From: a virus
IMG/VR virus record: IMGVR_UViG_3300024996_000004
Direction: 5' to 3' (one strand)
DNA: 64,000 nt
Shown piece after piece: positions 19,657 to 29,946 of this stretch (position 1 is its first letter; the number at the start of each line of letters is the position of its first letter). The notes beneath the pieces are model-generated. The model was not told where the DNA came from and searched no databases. It worked only from the letters and a program-made list of their open reading frames with translations. A program made the position numbers and the translations under genes.

Positions 19657-20427
19657 TTATAATCCTAAATCTTCGCAAGCAATGATGAAGTTTTTGACGA
19701 ATTTTGATCTGACAATATCTTCTTTTTGAAAATAAATGATGTCAACTTCATCCATTCTATTCATAACTTTCATGAATTTATCGAATCCACTGACCACTTT
19801 ATGTTCATATTGCAAATCACCTTGCGCCTTATCACCTATGATGACAAGCTTACTATTACCAGATAATCGTGTCATAACACTTTTAAGTTCATCCCATGAA
19901 AAGTTTTGACATTCATCAATAATAACAATAGCATTATCCCATGATAATCCTCTGATGAACGATGTTGGCATAAATTCTATTTTCCCAGCTTCTTTAAGAT
20001 CATCATATGATGAATATTTACCTACTAAATCGTGACATATATCTCTGTAAGGAGCTTCAAATGGTGCAGTTTTTTCATCTAAATCGCCCGGAAGCGCTCC
20101 TAAACTTTTGCCTGTTGTAATAATAGAGCGGACAATGATAATTTTATTCTGATTAAATTCTTTAGAGAATATCGTGTTTAATGCTAACCATAATGCTAAG
20201 AAACTTTTACCAGTTCCCGGTGATCCCGTAGCTACAATATGATTTCCCATAAAATAACTTTCTATCATAGCTCTTTGTTTTTCGTTCATAGGTTTGATAG
20301 ATTTAATATCTAATACATTCCAAGATTTTTTTCTTGATCCTTGTTTAATAGCTACAACATTATTTTCTGTAAATTCTGACATCAACATTTCATTTTTTAA
20401 CGCTTTTCTTGATACTCTTTTTGACAT
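19657..20427 (-). CDS. phoH: PhoH-like ATPase
   Basis: GSPGTGKS, LPGDLDEK, FIRG, IIDECQN, GD..Q, DIVRS. Confidence 0.92.
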   Translation of the reverse strand: MSKRVSRKALKNEMLMSEFTENNVVAIKQGSRKKSWNVLDIKSIKPMNEKQRAMIESYFMGNHIVATGSPGTGKSFLALWLALNTIFSKEFNQNKIIIVRSIITTGKSLGALPGDLDEKTAPFEAPYRDICHDLVGKYSSYDDLKEAGKIEFMPTSFIRGLSWDNAIVIIDECQNFSWDELKSVMTRLSGNSKLVIIGDKAQGDLQYEHKVVSGFDKFMKVMNRMDEVDIIYFQKEDIVRSKFVKNFIIACEDLGL

Positions 20428-20637
20428 AAATTAATTCCTTTAAAAAGATATTGGCATGCAACGGGGGGAGGATTAGTAGATGGGAGAGCGATTACATAAC
20501 ATTCTCCTTAAGTTGATGTGCACGATAGCGAGCAATAAAGTTGATAAATAATACGTCAAATGATACGATAGTTTTTAACAAAGAACAAACTCATTGTTTA
20601 CTAAATTATTTATTAAATACTAATATAGGAATATTAA

Positions 20638-20826
20638 ATGTCTATTAAAACTTATGTTTATGGTGGAAATGAAGTAAGTCTCACCGGAAGAATAGCTAAT
20701 AAAAAATTATATTCTGGGAGATTGAAAGTGTTATACGAAATCCATCCAATCAATATAGATAATTCTGATAAATCTTACAATAAATGGGTTGAAATGAACG
20801 ATTTATTTGAAATTGAGGACAATTAA
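20638..20826 (+). CDS. hypothetical protein
   Basis: 62 aa, RBS, TAAATA upstream. Confidence 0.6.
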   Translation: MSIKTYVYGGNEVSLTGRIANKKLYSGRLKVLYEIHPINIDNSDKSYNKWVEMNDLFEIEDN

Positions 20827-21314
20827 TGAAATTAGAAACTCTTGTAGAACATATGATTAAAGAAAGTGGCGGCACATATGATGCAGTTACTTTCAGTGAA
20901 GGTACGGATAAACGCATTAAAAAATTTGTAGATGATCATCATATTCCCAACCCATTGTCTCCCAAAAAATATCATTGCACCGTGATTTATTCTAAAAAGT
21001 ATTTGCCAACATTTAAAGCTATGGGTAAAATTGAACCTCATTGGATAGGCACACCCACAAAACTTGATATTTTCAAGACTGCAGAAGGTTCAAATTGTTT
21101 AGTATTAAGATTCGATTGCAAAGATGTTGTAGATCGTCATCACTTTGTTATGAAAAAATATGGAGCTACTTATGATCATCCAGTATTTAAAAATCATATT
21201 ACATTAAGTTATGACATCGGTGACGATTTTGATATAAAACCTTTACAATCTTTCGTTAAAAATATTGGTCCTATCGAAATTATTGAAGAATATTCTGAAG
21301 GATTAGATGAGTGA
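20826..21314 (+). CDS. 2H phosphoesterase, T4 gp57B/Acb1-like anti-CBASS nuclease
   Basis: HCTVIYS and HITLSY motifs, GAT.D.P. Confidence 0.8.
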   Translation: MKLETLVEHMIKESGGTYDAVTFSEGTDKRIKKFVDDHHIPNPLSPKKYHCTVIYSKKYLPTFKAMGKIEPHWIGTPTKLDIFKTAEGSNCLVLRFDCKDVVDRHHFVMKKYGATYDHPVFKNHITLSYDIGDDFDIKPLQSFVKNIGPIEIIEEYSEGLDE

Positions 21315-21742
21315 TCATTGACGAAATATCAGAGATTAAAAAGTATCTTCAAGATATTACAGATCGAACAGATTTTGATGAATTGATGCAATCTTTTAAT
21401 ATAACCTTTTTTATTGATGATATTAAGAAATTAATGTATATTAAACAATTTCTACGTTTAGTTCATCTTGCAGTGTCCAAATCTTTCTATATGTATGATA
21501 CCATTGATGAACTTCCAATAGGATTATTAGGATTTAATGGTACTTTTACATCGTCAACAAAAATCAAAGAAGTTATAAAAAGTATTTTAGAAAACCATTC
21601 ATGTTCTCTGGAAGATATGACCATCATCATAGGATTATATGATGATAAATCACATATCGTTGGCATGCTCAATAATTATGTTCACAAAGATGAACAACCT
21701 ATAATCATGCATGTGGAAGATGCTGTCAGCGAATTTGCTTAA
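21311..21742 (+). CDS. hypothetical protein
   Basis: 143 aa ORF. Confidence 0.55.
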   Translation: MIIDEISEIKKYLQDITDRTDFDELMQSFNITFFIDDIKKLMYIKQFLRLVHLAVSKSFYMYDTIDELPIGLLGFNGTFTSSTKIKEVIKSILENHSCSLEDMTIIIGLYDDKSHIVGMLNNYVHKDEQPIIMHVEDAVSEFA

Positions 21743-21800
21743 ATCATTGCTTTATTCATGAGGATTCTGTAAGATTGCAGTCCTATTCAGGAGATGTGAT

Positions 21801-21998
21801 ATGCAAGATTTCCAGCAACGAGTAATAGATGAAAAGTCAGAGCTTGATAACAAAATAGACAAGTTAGCGACATTTGTCGATTCAGACAAATTTGAAACTT
21901 TAAGCGCCAAAGACCGTTCATTATTATATCAACAATTAAATATTATGATTAATTATAGTGCAATTCTTGGCGCACGAATCGCAGGTTTCGAAATTTAA
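21801..21998 (+). CDS. Acb2-like (T4 Vs.4-like) cyclic-oligonucleotide sponge
   Basis: QQRVIDEKSEL..KI.KL..F...F..L......L..Q...M..YS.IL..RI; AGGAG RBS. Confidence 0.75.
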   Translation: MQDFQQRVIDEKSELDNKIDKLATFVDSDKFETLSAKDRSLLYQQLNIMINYSAILGARIAGFEI

Positions 21999-22011
21999 TC
22001 GGATCATTTTC

Positions 22012-23886
22012 ATGAATATTATTGAAGAGTTAATTTCACAATTAATCGAATATGATAATGCTTATCATAATGGAGATAGCGTTATTCCAGATGTGCAATA
22101 TGATCAATTAAAACGTGAAATTCAAAAACAAGCTCCCAATCACCCGTACTTCATTCAAGTAGGATCAGATGTTCGTGGAGGTAAAGTAAAATTACCTTAT
22201 AGCATGGGATCACTCAATCAAATTTATGAAAATGATTATGAAAAATGGTGCAATAAATTCAATCTTAAAAATGAATCCATTGTAGTTAGTCATAAATTGG
22301 ACGGTGTATCGTGCATGATCCAATATAAGGATGGCAAATTTAGAATAGCTTATTCTAGAGGCAATGGTGTAATGGGCGCAGATATCACTCGTCACGTATC
22401 CAAAATCATTAATCTTCCTAAAGATATTTCATTACGAGGTCATGTCACCATTCGTGGTGAATTGATTATGAAGAATGATACTTTTGAAAGGAATTGGAAG
22501 GATGAATTTGCTAATCCGAGAAATATGACAAGCGGTATTTTCAATCGATCAATTACGGATGAAGATGCTATTAAAGATATAGATTTTATTGCTTATCAAA
22601 TCGTAGACGGTAGTGATGAATTTAAAAAGTCGAGTCAAGTTGATGATATGCAGTTGCTTGATACACTAGGATTTACCACTGTTACATTAGAAACGGTTCG
22701 TGGAAGTAAATTGGATGATGATGAATTAACATCTATGCTGACTAAAGCTCGTCAAATATCTCCATATGAATTAGATGGCATTGTACTTACTATTAATGAG
22801 AAGAATGCCCAAAAGAATTTGAGCAATTCTTCCAGTCTTAATCCAGAACATTCAGTAAAATACAAAGTTTTGGACAAAAATTCTATTGTTGAAGCAGAAG
22901 TTGTGAATGTCAGTTATGAAATATCTAAACATGGCCTCTTTAAGCCTCGTGTAGAAATTATTCCTGTTCAGTTATTCGGAACTACTGTAACCTTCGCCAC
23001 GGGCTTTAATGGACGTTATATCAACGATAATAATATTGGTCCCGGAACTATTGTGAACATTACAAAAAGCGGGAGTGTGATACCACACATTTTAAATGTT
23101 GTCAAACCGACAAATGCACAACTTCCAATCAAAGAGTTGTGGGAATGGAATGAAAATGGCGTTGATATGGTTATTAACAACTATCAGAACAATCCTACAG
23201 TAATATTCAAACAAGTATTAGATTTTTTTAACACTTTAGAAGTGGATTTATTGAAAGAAGCATCAATAAAGAAAATCATCGATTACTGTGATATGAATGA
23301 TGAACCATACGAAACCATTCTTGCTGTTATGATAGATTTAACCGAGTTGGAATGGGAGAAAGCTATTGGTGCAAATGGATCAAAGATTTATGCCAGTTTA
23401 GAGAGAAAATTAAACACGTTAACTTTGGCTAGATATCTTGGTGCCGTTAAGTATTTTGGATCAGGATTTGGCGTAAGAAAAGCAAAATTGTTATTAAAAA
23501 ACCTGACTGACGAATCTTCTGTATGGAATTTAACAGTTCCGAAAATTATAGAATTTGAAGGATTCGATACAATAACTGCTGAAAAATTTGTGGACGGTTT
23601 GCGAGAAGCTTTAGAATTATCTAAAGAACTTGATTTAAAATTTAAACAAGAGGTCAAAACCAATGAATTACAACATTTGGTAGTTGTATTCACTGGATTC
23701 CGAGATAAGGAATTCCAAGATAAATTAGAAAAGACTGGTGCGAAGGTAGGTACATCAGTATCCAAAAAAACCACTCATGTTATTACAGCAGAACCTAATT
23801 CGATGTCAGGAAAAGCAGTAAAAGCTAGAGAACTTGGAATAAAAACTTTATCACTTGACGAATTCAAAGAAGAGTTTAATTTATGA
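22012..23886 (+). CDS. ligA: NAD-dependent DNA ligase
   Basis: YD.L, HKLDG, SRG.G..G.DIT, RGE, NPRN, DGIV, C-terminal BRCT. Confidence 0.92.
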   Translation: MNIIEELISQLIEYDNAYHNGDSVIPDVQYDQLKREIQKQAPNHPYFIQVGSDVRGGKVKLPYSMGSLNQIYENDYEKWCNKFNLKNESIVVSHKLDGVSCMIQYKDGKFRIAYSRGNGVMGADITRHVSKIINLPKDISLRGHVTIRGELIMKNDTFERNWKDEFANPRNMTSGIFNRSITDEDAIKDIDFIAYQIVDGSDEFKKSSQVDDMQLLDTLGFTTVTLETVRGSKLDDDELTSMLTKARQISPYELDGIVLTINEKNAQKNLSNSSSLNPEHSVKYKVLDKNSIVEAEVVNVSYEISKHGLFKPRVEIIPVQLFGTTVTFATGFNGRYINDNNIGPGTIVNITKSGSVIPHILNVVKPTNAQLPIKELWEWNENGVDMVINNYQNNPTVIFKQVLDFFNTLEVDLLKEASIKKIIDYCDMNDEPYETILAVMIDLTELEWEKAIGANGSKIYASLERKLNTLTLARYLGAVKYFGSGFGVRKAKLLLKNLTDESSVWNLTVPKIIEFEGFDTITAEKFVDGLREALELSKELDLKFKQEVKTNELQHLVVVFTGFRDKEFQDKLEKTGAKVGTSVSKKTTHVITAEPNSMSGKAVKARELGIKTLSLDEFKEEFNL

Positions 23887-24080
23887 TTATTGAAGATTTG
23901 AATCATTATATCGGAAAACCAAAGAGTGAATTAGAATCATTCCTTAAAGATAATTTCCACACTTTAAGAATAATCAAACGTGATGGAATTCCGATGGTTT
24001 GTACAAGAGATGTTAATCGAGATAGATTAAATGTAGAAGTTGTGGAAAATTTAATTACTGCTATCAAAGGATTTGGATAA
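23883..24080 (+). CDS. I78 / potato-inhibitor-I-like peptidase inhibitor
   Basis: R......MVCTRD...DRLNVEV....I.....G. Confidence 0.6.
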   Translation: MIIEDLNHYIGKPKSELESFLKDNFHTLRIIKRDGIPMVCTRDVNRDRLNVEVVENLITAIKGFG

Positions 24081-24146
24081 AATTAGTTAATTACATTATT
24101 CAACAGATAAATAATCCATCATAGGAGAATGATATGTTTAATCTGA

Positions 24147-24294
24147 TTTTGTTGTATCATCTGTAGGTGTAGTAACTGTTACGGGTATCGTTACTTTACC
24201 AAAACTTAAAGCTTTATTTACCACTTTAAAAGGTAAGTTTTTTGCGAAAGATGCACCCGTAACAGTTACTACACCTACAGATGATACAACAAAA
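24147..24294. repeat. perfect 40-bp inverted repeat (24147-24186 / 24255-24294)
   Basis: arms are exact reverse complements, 68-nt spacer. Confidence 0.95.
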
Positions 24295-24340
24295 ACAGTA
24301 GCTAAGTAATTGAGAAGTAAGTAAAAAATATATAAGCCGC

Positions 24341-24369
24341 TTGACAATTACGTCAAGCGGCTTTATTAT
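24341..24369 (+). promoter_or_regulatory. sigma70 promoter overlapping a hairpin
   Basis: TTGACA-N17-TATTAT inside AAGCCGCTTGAC..GTCAAGCGGCTT. Confidence 0.65.
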
Positions 24370-24396
24370 GTGGTCTATCAACGAAGGTGAAATATT

Positions 24397-25149
24397 TTGA
24401 ATAATAAACAATTAGGAAACATGGGTAAAATAGATTTTCAGTCATTACAAAATAATAATTTCGAAGAATTATTACAATTAGATTTAACACAACAGAATAA
24501 ACACGTAAAACATTATAAGCAATCAGTGGCAGTTAATATTCATCATTTCTATATCGTTGAGGATATTGGTGAAGTTAATTATTATCTTAACATGATTAAC
24601 ATTTTAAGGACTGCTGAACAACATGATACTATTTTCATATATTTGAATACAAATGGTGGAAATCTTCACACATCTATACAAATTATTTCGGCTATTAGAC
24701 AATCACAGGCTACTGTAATAACATCATTAGAAGGTATGGTAGCATCAGCTGGAACAATGATATTCCTAGCAGGTCATAAGCATATTGTTAATCAGAATTG
24801 TACTTTCATGATTCATAATTATTCTCAATTGGTTGGCGGTAAAGGAAACGAAATCGTAGCTCAAGTTAAATTTACTGAAGTGTACTTTAGAAAACTTGCG
24901 GATATGATTTATGGAGAATTTTTGACTAAGGAAGAATTGGATTCTGTCGTGCAAGGAAAGGATTTATGGATGGATAGTGATGAAGTAGCATCTAGGGTGA
25001 AAGATAAATTGATAAATCTTAATTCTCCTGATGATGTTTCCGATATTATTAGTCCATTAAGTGAACAATTAGCTGTACAAAAACCAGCGGACGAAGTGGT
25101 TCAATCAAAACCTAAAAAATCGTCAAAAAAACCTAAAAAAGTTGATTAA
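24397..25149 (+). CDS. ClpP-like protease
   Basis: YLNTNGG, ASAGT, FMIH, D.W; start may be 24421. Confidence 0.85.
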   Translation: MNNKQLGNMGKIDFQSLQNNNFEELLQLDLTQQNKHVKHYKQSVAVNIHHFYIVEDIGEVNYYLNMINILRTAEQHDTIFIYLNTNGGNLHTSIQIISAIRQSQATVITSLEGMVASAGTMIFLAGHKHIVNQNCTFMIHNYSQLVGGKGNEIVAQVKFTEVYFRKLADMIYGEFLTKEELDSVVQGKDLWMDSDEVASRVKDKLINLNSPDDVSDIISPLSEQLAVQKPADEVVQSKPKKSSKKPKKVD

Positions 25150-25194
25150 ATGCATTAATCATGATAAATTAGCCATCGTTAAGATGGCTTTTTT

Positions 25195-26223
25195 ATGTTT
25201 AACAAAAACATTGAAGATTTAGTTCGAGAATACGTTGATTTCAATCATGGATATTCTAAAAACTGGAACAAAGTTTACTGTGAAGTTTGTGGTGATGGTA
25301 GCAGAACCAAAGGACCGCGCGGTGGATGGTTATTTAATGATGAAATGGCATTTTATCATTGTTTTAACTGCAATATAGAAGGAAATTTCGATCCTAACAG
25401 AGAATATCCTTTATCAAAGGAAATGAAAACCATTTTTGATAGCTTTCATGTTCCAGAAAAAGAATATTATACGATTGCATATAAGAATAGAATCTTAGAT
25501 GATAAAAAATTAAATAAACCAAAAAGAAAAAAAATAGATATAGAAGTCATGGAACTACCGGATTACTTCTATTTACTTAATGATGCTAAAAAAGATAATG
25601 TGATAGCTGCCAAAGCTTATGAAGAATTAGCATATCGTAATATAAATCCTGATGATTATCCATTTTATTTGAGTAATGGAAAATCTAAAATGGGAGTTAG
25701 ACATGAAGCTATAGCAAAATCTTTAGTAAATCGTCTTATTATACCTTTCTTTGATAACAAAGCTGATTTGATTTATTATCAGGCGCGAGCATTAGATAAA
25801 ACCAATAAAAAACGTTACATAAATGCAGATGTGTCCAGATCAAATATTATCTATGGTATGAATCAATTATATACTAATACAACATCTCCATTATATGTAA
25901 CTGAAGGATTTTTTGATGCTTACCACCTTAAAGGTGTTAGTTTGCAAGAAAACAATATGACTCAAGGACAGATTGAGTTATTGAAAAGAAGTCCTCGACA
26001 AAAAGTATTCATTCCTGACAAAAAATCAGATTCTTCAAAAATAGTGGATCAATTTATCAAATTAGATTGGAAAATATCGGTTCCTGATATTGGATCATCC
26101 TGCAAAGATGTTGATGACTCTGTGAGGAAATATGGACGACTTTACACATGTTGGCAAGTGGCTAATAATATACACAATGCGTCTGATGCAAAATTGTTAC
26201 TAAAAATGTTTAACTATCTATAA
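25195..26223 (+). CDS. DNA primase (T4 gp61-like)
   Basis: C..CGD..YHCFNC zinc finger, RLIIP, YQAR, TEG.FDA, CKD. Confidence 0.85.
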   Translation: MFNKNIEDLVREYVDFNHGYSKNWNKVYCEVCGDGSRTKGPRGGWLFNDEMAFYHCFNCNIEGNFDPNREYPLSKEMKTIFDSFHVPEKEYYTIAYKNRILDDKKLNKPKRKKIDIEVMELPDYFYLLNDAKKDNVIAAKAYEELAYRNINPDDYPFYLSNGKSKMGVRHEAIAKSLVNRLIIPFFDNKADLIYYQARALDKTNKKRYINADVSRSNIIYGMNQLYTNTTSPLYVTEGFFDAYHLKGVSLQENNMTQGQIELLKRSPRQKVFIPDKKSDSSKIVDQFIKLDWKISVPDIGSSCKDVDDSVRKYGRLYTCWQVANNIHNASDAKLLLKMFNYL

Positions 26224-26257
26224 ATAATCTTACAATATCATAACTTGAGATTAGTAC

Positions 26258-26437
26258 ATGGATAATAAAGTTCATTTAGAATCTTTTAAACATCATTCAG
26301 TTGAAGATGTCAATGCTTCTATCATGAAATTAATCGATTTTGTTGAATGGCAGAGAAAGATGCCAGATAATGTTGTCTTTTACACTAAAGAAGATATATT
26401 CAAACATTTAAGTAAACATCTCTCATTTTATTCATGA
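26258..26437 (+). CDS. small hypothetical protein (59 aa, not in ORF track)
   Basis: ATG..TGA after TATAAATA (26219-26226); ATGA-coupled to next ORF. Confidence 0.55.
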   Translation: MDNKVHLESFKHHSVEDVNASIMKLIDFVEWQRKMPDNVVFYTKEDIFKHLSKHLSFYS

Positions 26438-26625
26438 TCGATCACGTCCAATTAGCTAAACTCATCGAAGTTCATGGAATAGAACAAACGTTAACCATGA
26501 TATCTATCGAAGATATAGAAGATTTAACACTAAAGATAATTATGAGAACAATTGCCCATTCTCTAGAAAGTTTGTATATCGCAATCGGTGAATTATCCAA
26601 TATAAATGAGTCTAAACATTCATAA
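26434..26625 (+). CDS. hypothetical protein
   Basis: 63 aa ORF. Confidence 0.55.
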   Translation: MIDHVQLAKLIEVHGIEQTLTMISIEDIEDLTLKIIMRTIAHSLESLYIAIGELSNINESKHS

Positions 26626-26649
26626 ATAATAGCATAAACATTTTGTGCT

Positions 26650-28548
26650 ATGGCAACCTCAAATATAATTTCAACAAGTATAAACTCAAAGCCATCACCC
26701 ATTGATGCTTTCGTAGATTATTTCAATGAAGTAAAACCATATCACTCTAAAATATTAGAAATTATTCAACGCTACAATTTTTATGATAATGTCATTGTTA
26801 ATATAGAAGAGTTAGAGAATTATAAATTCACCATAGAAAACAATCCATTATGTGGACCTGTAGGGTTTGGATTGGAATGGGATGATGATTGTGGTTTTGA
26901 TGCTTTGGAATGTTGTTCTCTCGGAACATGTACTATTCCCGAAGGTCCATATCCACAATTAACAACTGTAGTTGATGGGACAGTAAGTTCTATCATTGCA
27001 GATTCTGGAAATATAATCATACAAGGTAATCATACATATGACAGTACATTTTCCATTCAACGCATTATTAACAATAATACATTTTCTGTTTTTGGCGATG
27101 CTACATCTTTCCTTGCGGCACAACCAGTTTTCAGAATTGTTCCATTAAACACTTTACCATATACCATTAATAATGTAAACAGCATAACTATTTCAGGTAA
27201 TTATGCTGCTCAATTTACATCACATCAAATTTTTCAGATTATTGGTAGTAAACATAATGATGGTAATCATTCTGTCTATTCTGCAATATATTCAGCAGGA
27301 ACCAATTCAACCACTATTTTCGTTGCTGAAGATTTAACACCAAACGATTATGGTTCTATGTTAGTATCTACATCAACATTAAACAATGGCGTTTATAAAG
27401 CACTCAGCTATAATTATAATGGCTCTATAACTACGATCACAGTTTCAACTTCTGTAAAATCACTTACATTAGAATCATCTTCATCTTCTATTATGTTTAA
27501 GGATGGATATTTACAAAACCGAATTGGTAAATTATATAATACCTGTTCTGGTGAAATATGTCCCGATGATGGTGAATACATTATCATTGGAAGCTCTTAC
27601 GATCCAGTAAACAATCTAACTAATGTTTCTATAAGAAATGCTCTTACTGAAGATAGTAACATGGGCAGATTTGATTTAATGATTGATTTAAGTGTGGATG
27701 GTTATAAAGCTGATTTGTTATGCGCTACACCCAAAGAAAGTAACTTATCTGTTAACTTTTCTGAGAATTTGCAAATAGTTGGTGGTGTTGTTCCAGTTCC
27801 ATCACCAACTCCGATGGCAACTGTTACACCAACACCTACCATAACACCAACTATATCAAATACACCGGGAATTTCGTCAACACCGACACCGACAATTACG
27901 CCAACAAAAACAACAATTGTACCAGCATCACCAACACCTACACCTACAAGAACAAAAACGCCGCCAGCAACTCCAACGAAAACGGCCACTATCACCCCAA
28001 CAAAAACGCCACCAGTGACGCAAACAAAAACGCCACCAGTGACACCAACGATGACGCCAACACATTCGCCAACGTCCTCAACATTGGTTATTGATGGAAA
28101 TAGTTATATTGCAAATGCCGTTGCTAAACATGGGCCAAATTGGTCAGCCAACGCCGAGTTGACTTTACAATTTAATGCAAATGGTACTTATACAGTGAAG
28201 CGTAATAATAATGGTAGCGTTACAACGCCATTTAGTGGTACATGGTTGCCAGCAGGACAATTAGCTTCTAATTATACATTACTATTAACTCAAACTATCA
28301 CATCACAAGATAATGGAACCAACGGCGGAACAGGATATTCTAATTCAGCTTCTACGGCAAAACAAATGACGACATCTTATAATTCTCAAATAATTGCAAC
28401 ATTTAATTTTACTGGCCCAGCTATTCCAACTAGTGTATCAGGTGGTTCAATTTCATCTACCATAGTTATTAAATTGACTAACACAGTTGATGGAACAACT
28501 TTGAATGGTACTATAAACATGTTATGTACAACATTCTCATCTAGTTAA
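26650..28548 (+). CDS. virion structural protein with Pro/Thr linker
   Basis: EVKPYH.K motif, beta-rich domains, PT repeats, late promoter 26622-26628. Confidence 0.7.
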   Translation: MATSNIISTSINSKPSPIDAFVDYFNEVKPYHSKILEIIQRYNFYDNVIVNIEELENYKFTIENNPLCGPVGFGLEWDDDCGFDALECCSLGTCTIPEGPYPQLTTVVDGTVSSIIADSGNIIIQGNHTYDSTFSIQRIINNNTFSVFGDATSFLAAQPVFRIVPLNTLPYTINNVNSITISGNYAAQFTSHQIFQIIGSKHNDGNHSVYSAIYSAGTNSTTIFVAEDLTPNDYGSMLVSTSTLNNGVYKALSYNYNGSITTITVSTSVKSLTLESSSSSIMFKDGYLQNRIGKLYNTCSGEICPDDGEYIIIGSSYDPVNNLTNVSIRNALTEDSNMGRFDLMIDLSVDGYKADLLCATPKESNLSVNFSENLQIVGGVVPVPSPTPMATVTPTPTITPTISNTPGISSTPTPTITPTKTTIVPASPTPTPTRTKTPPATPTKTATITPTKTPPVTQTKTPPVTPTMTPTHSPTSSTLVIDGNSYIANAVAKHGPNWSANAELTLQFNANGTYTVKRNNNGSVTTPFSGTWLPAGQLASNYTLLLTQTITSQDNGTNGGTGYSNSASTAKQMTTSYNSQIIATFNFTGPAIPTSVSGGSISSTIVIKLTNTVDGTTLNGTINMLCTTFSSS

Positions 28549-29078
28549 ATAGATTGAGTTAATATTGTTTTAATTTTTTCAATAGTTGACTTAGTATCTG
28601 TATGCAAAATACCGATGCCTCCTGCAGCAATCCAAGGATCAATAGATTTGGCTCTGTCATCTATGAGAATAGTGTGAGGCGTTGCAAATTGAGCTTTATC
28701 AGCACTTTTTATTACTATTTCAACTCTTAAATCTTCATAATGTTTTTTATACCATCGAAGTTTCTGTTCTCCGCCATCTTTTGGTGTTGAACCTTTTGCG
28801 GTGAGAATAAAATAATCTTCAAAAGTATCCCTTACAAAATCAATAAGTTGATCAGCATCACACATTTTTTGTAAAGATTCAAAAAAGGGTTCAACATGAC
28901 GATCATGCCAATCAATAGCTCCCCACATTCTTTTTTTATCAATGATGGATTCATCGATCCGAGCTATGGTAGAAAGTTCTTCTTTTGGAATAATTTTAAG
29001 GATTTCCACAACTTTTCTCGAAAAGTCGCAGATCACACCATCACTATCTATGGCAATTGTATATTTGGAAGTTTTCAT
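28545..29078 (-). CDS. HAD 5'-nucleotidase-like
   Basis: DSDGVICDF, LTA, K, LIDDR, W...GG.GI. Confidence 0.85.
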   Translation of the reverse strand: MKTSKYTIAIDSDGVICDFSRKVVEILKIIPKEELSTIARIDESIIDKKRMWGAIDWHDRHVEPFFESLQKMCDADQLIDFVRDTFEDYFILTAKGSTPKDGGEQKLRWYKKHYEDLRVEIVIKSADKAQFATPHTILIDDRAKSIDPWIAAGGIGILHTDTKSTIEKIKTILTQSI

Positions 29079-29172
29079 GATTAAATTCTCTTTGCAGAGA
29101 TTGTAACATGAAAGAGTTTGTCGCACAATATTGACTTATAAGAGATATAATGCTATATATCTAGAGTAACTG

Positions 29173-29463
29173 ATGAGGGTATCATTCGTGTCTGAAGAAG
29201 ATTTCGTTGAAGAATTGAAAAAATTATCAAAAAACTTAAAAGTACAGACACTTGATGAAAATGGTGATATTTTCGGTCACGGACAATTACTTGTAGCAAT
29301 TACTCGATTGGATCGAATGCTTAAAGAATATCATTCTACACAAAACGTGATACAAATGAATGGTGACAATTATAATTCAAATAAAGAATTAATAGATCAT
29401 TATATAAAAGAAGCTGATAATCTAGTTATTGGTGCATTGACCGTATTATCTTTCTATAATTAA
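29173..29463 (+). CDS. hypothetical protein
   Basis: 96 aa ORF after TTGACT promoter. Confidence 0.55.
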   Translation: MRVSFVSEEDFVEELKKLSKNLKVQTLDENGDIFGHGQLLVAITRLDRMLKEYHSTQNVIQMNGDNYNSNKELIDHYIKEADNLVIGALTVLSFYN

Positions 29464-29660
29464 ATATTGCGTTCTACAACATCATAAGCATCTTTGAAGA
29501 TTTCTACTATCCGTTGTACTTCTTCATCCTGAATTTTATCTTCTTCTGGACTGTAATGTTCAAAATTGATAATATCAAATTCTATGAACAATTCACCAAG
29601 TTCAGTCATTTTTTCTTTAAGCATTTCGAAAAATGCTTCTCTATTTAAATTACGTATCAT
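29460..29660 (-). CDS. hypothetical protein
   Basis: 66 aa acidic ORF. Confidence 0.5.
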   Translation of the reverse strand: MIRNLNREAFFEMLKEKMTELGELFIEFDIINFEHYSPEEDKIQDEEVQRIVEIFKDAYDVVERNI

Positions 29661-29666
29661 TAAATT

Positions 29667-29855
29667 TTAACCCATTAATAATGTTTTGCCATCACTTAAT
29701 ATCGGAATGATAACGGCTTTATTTTTTGTATCTTCAGCTAATCCGAGAATAGCAGCTTCAGCTAGAATTTTATTAGTATGTTCACTAATTATTCTACCTT
29801 CCACCATAACCCTATATTTTATATTATTGTTATCTAGATTCATATAATTTTCCAT
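29667..29855 (-). CDS. hypothetical protein
   Basis: 62 aa ORF ending GK.LL.G. Confidence 0.55.
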   Translation of the reverse strand: MENYMNLDNNNIKYRVMVEGRIISEHTNKILAEAAILGLAEDTKNKAVIIPILSDGKTLLMG

Positions 29856-29946
29856 GATATCATATAAATTGATTTATATCAATTTATCTTGGTTATTTAG
29901 TATGAACTCTGAATTGTGTATAAATAATAGAAAATAAGATTTTATC

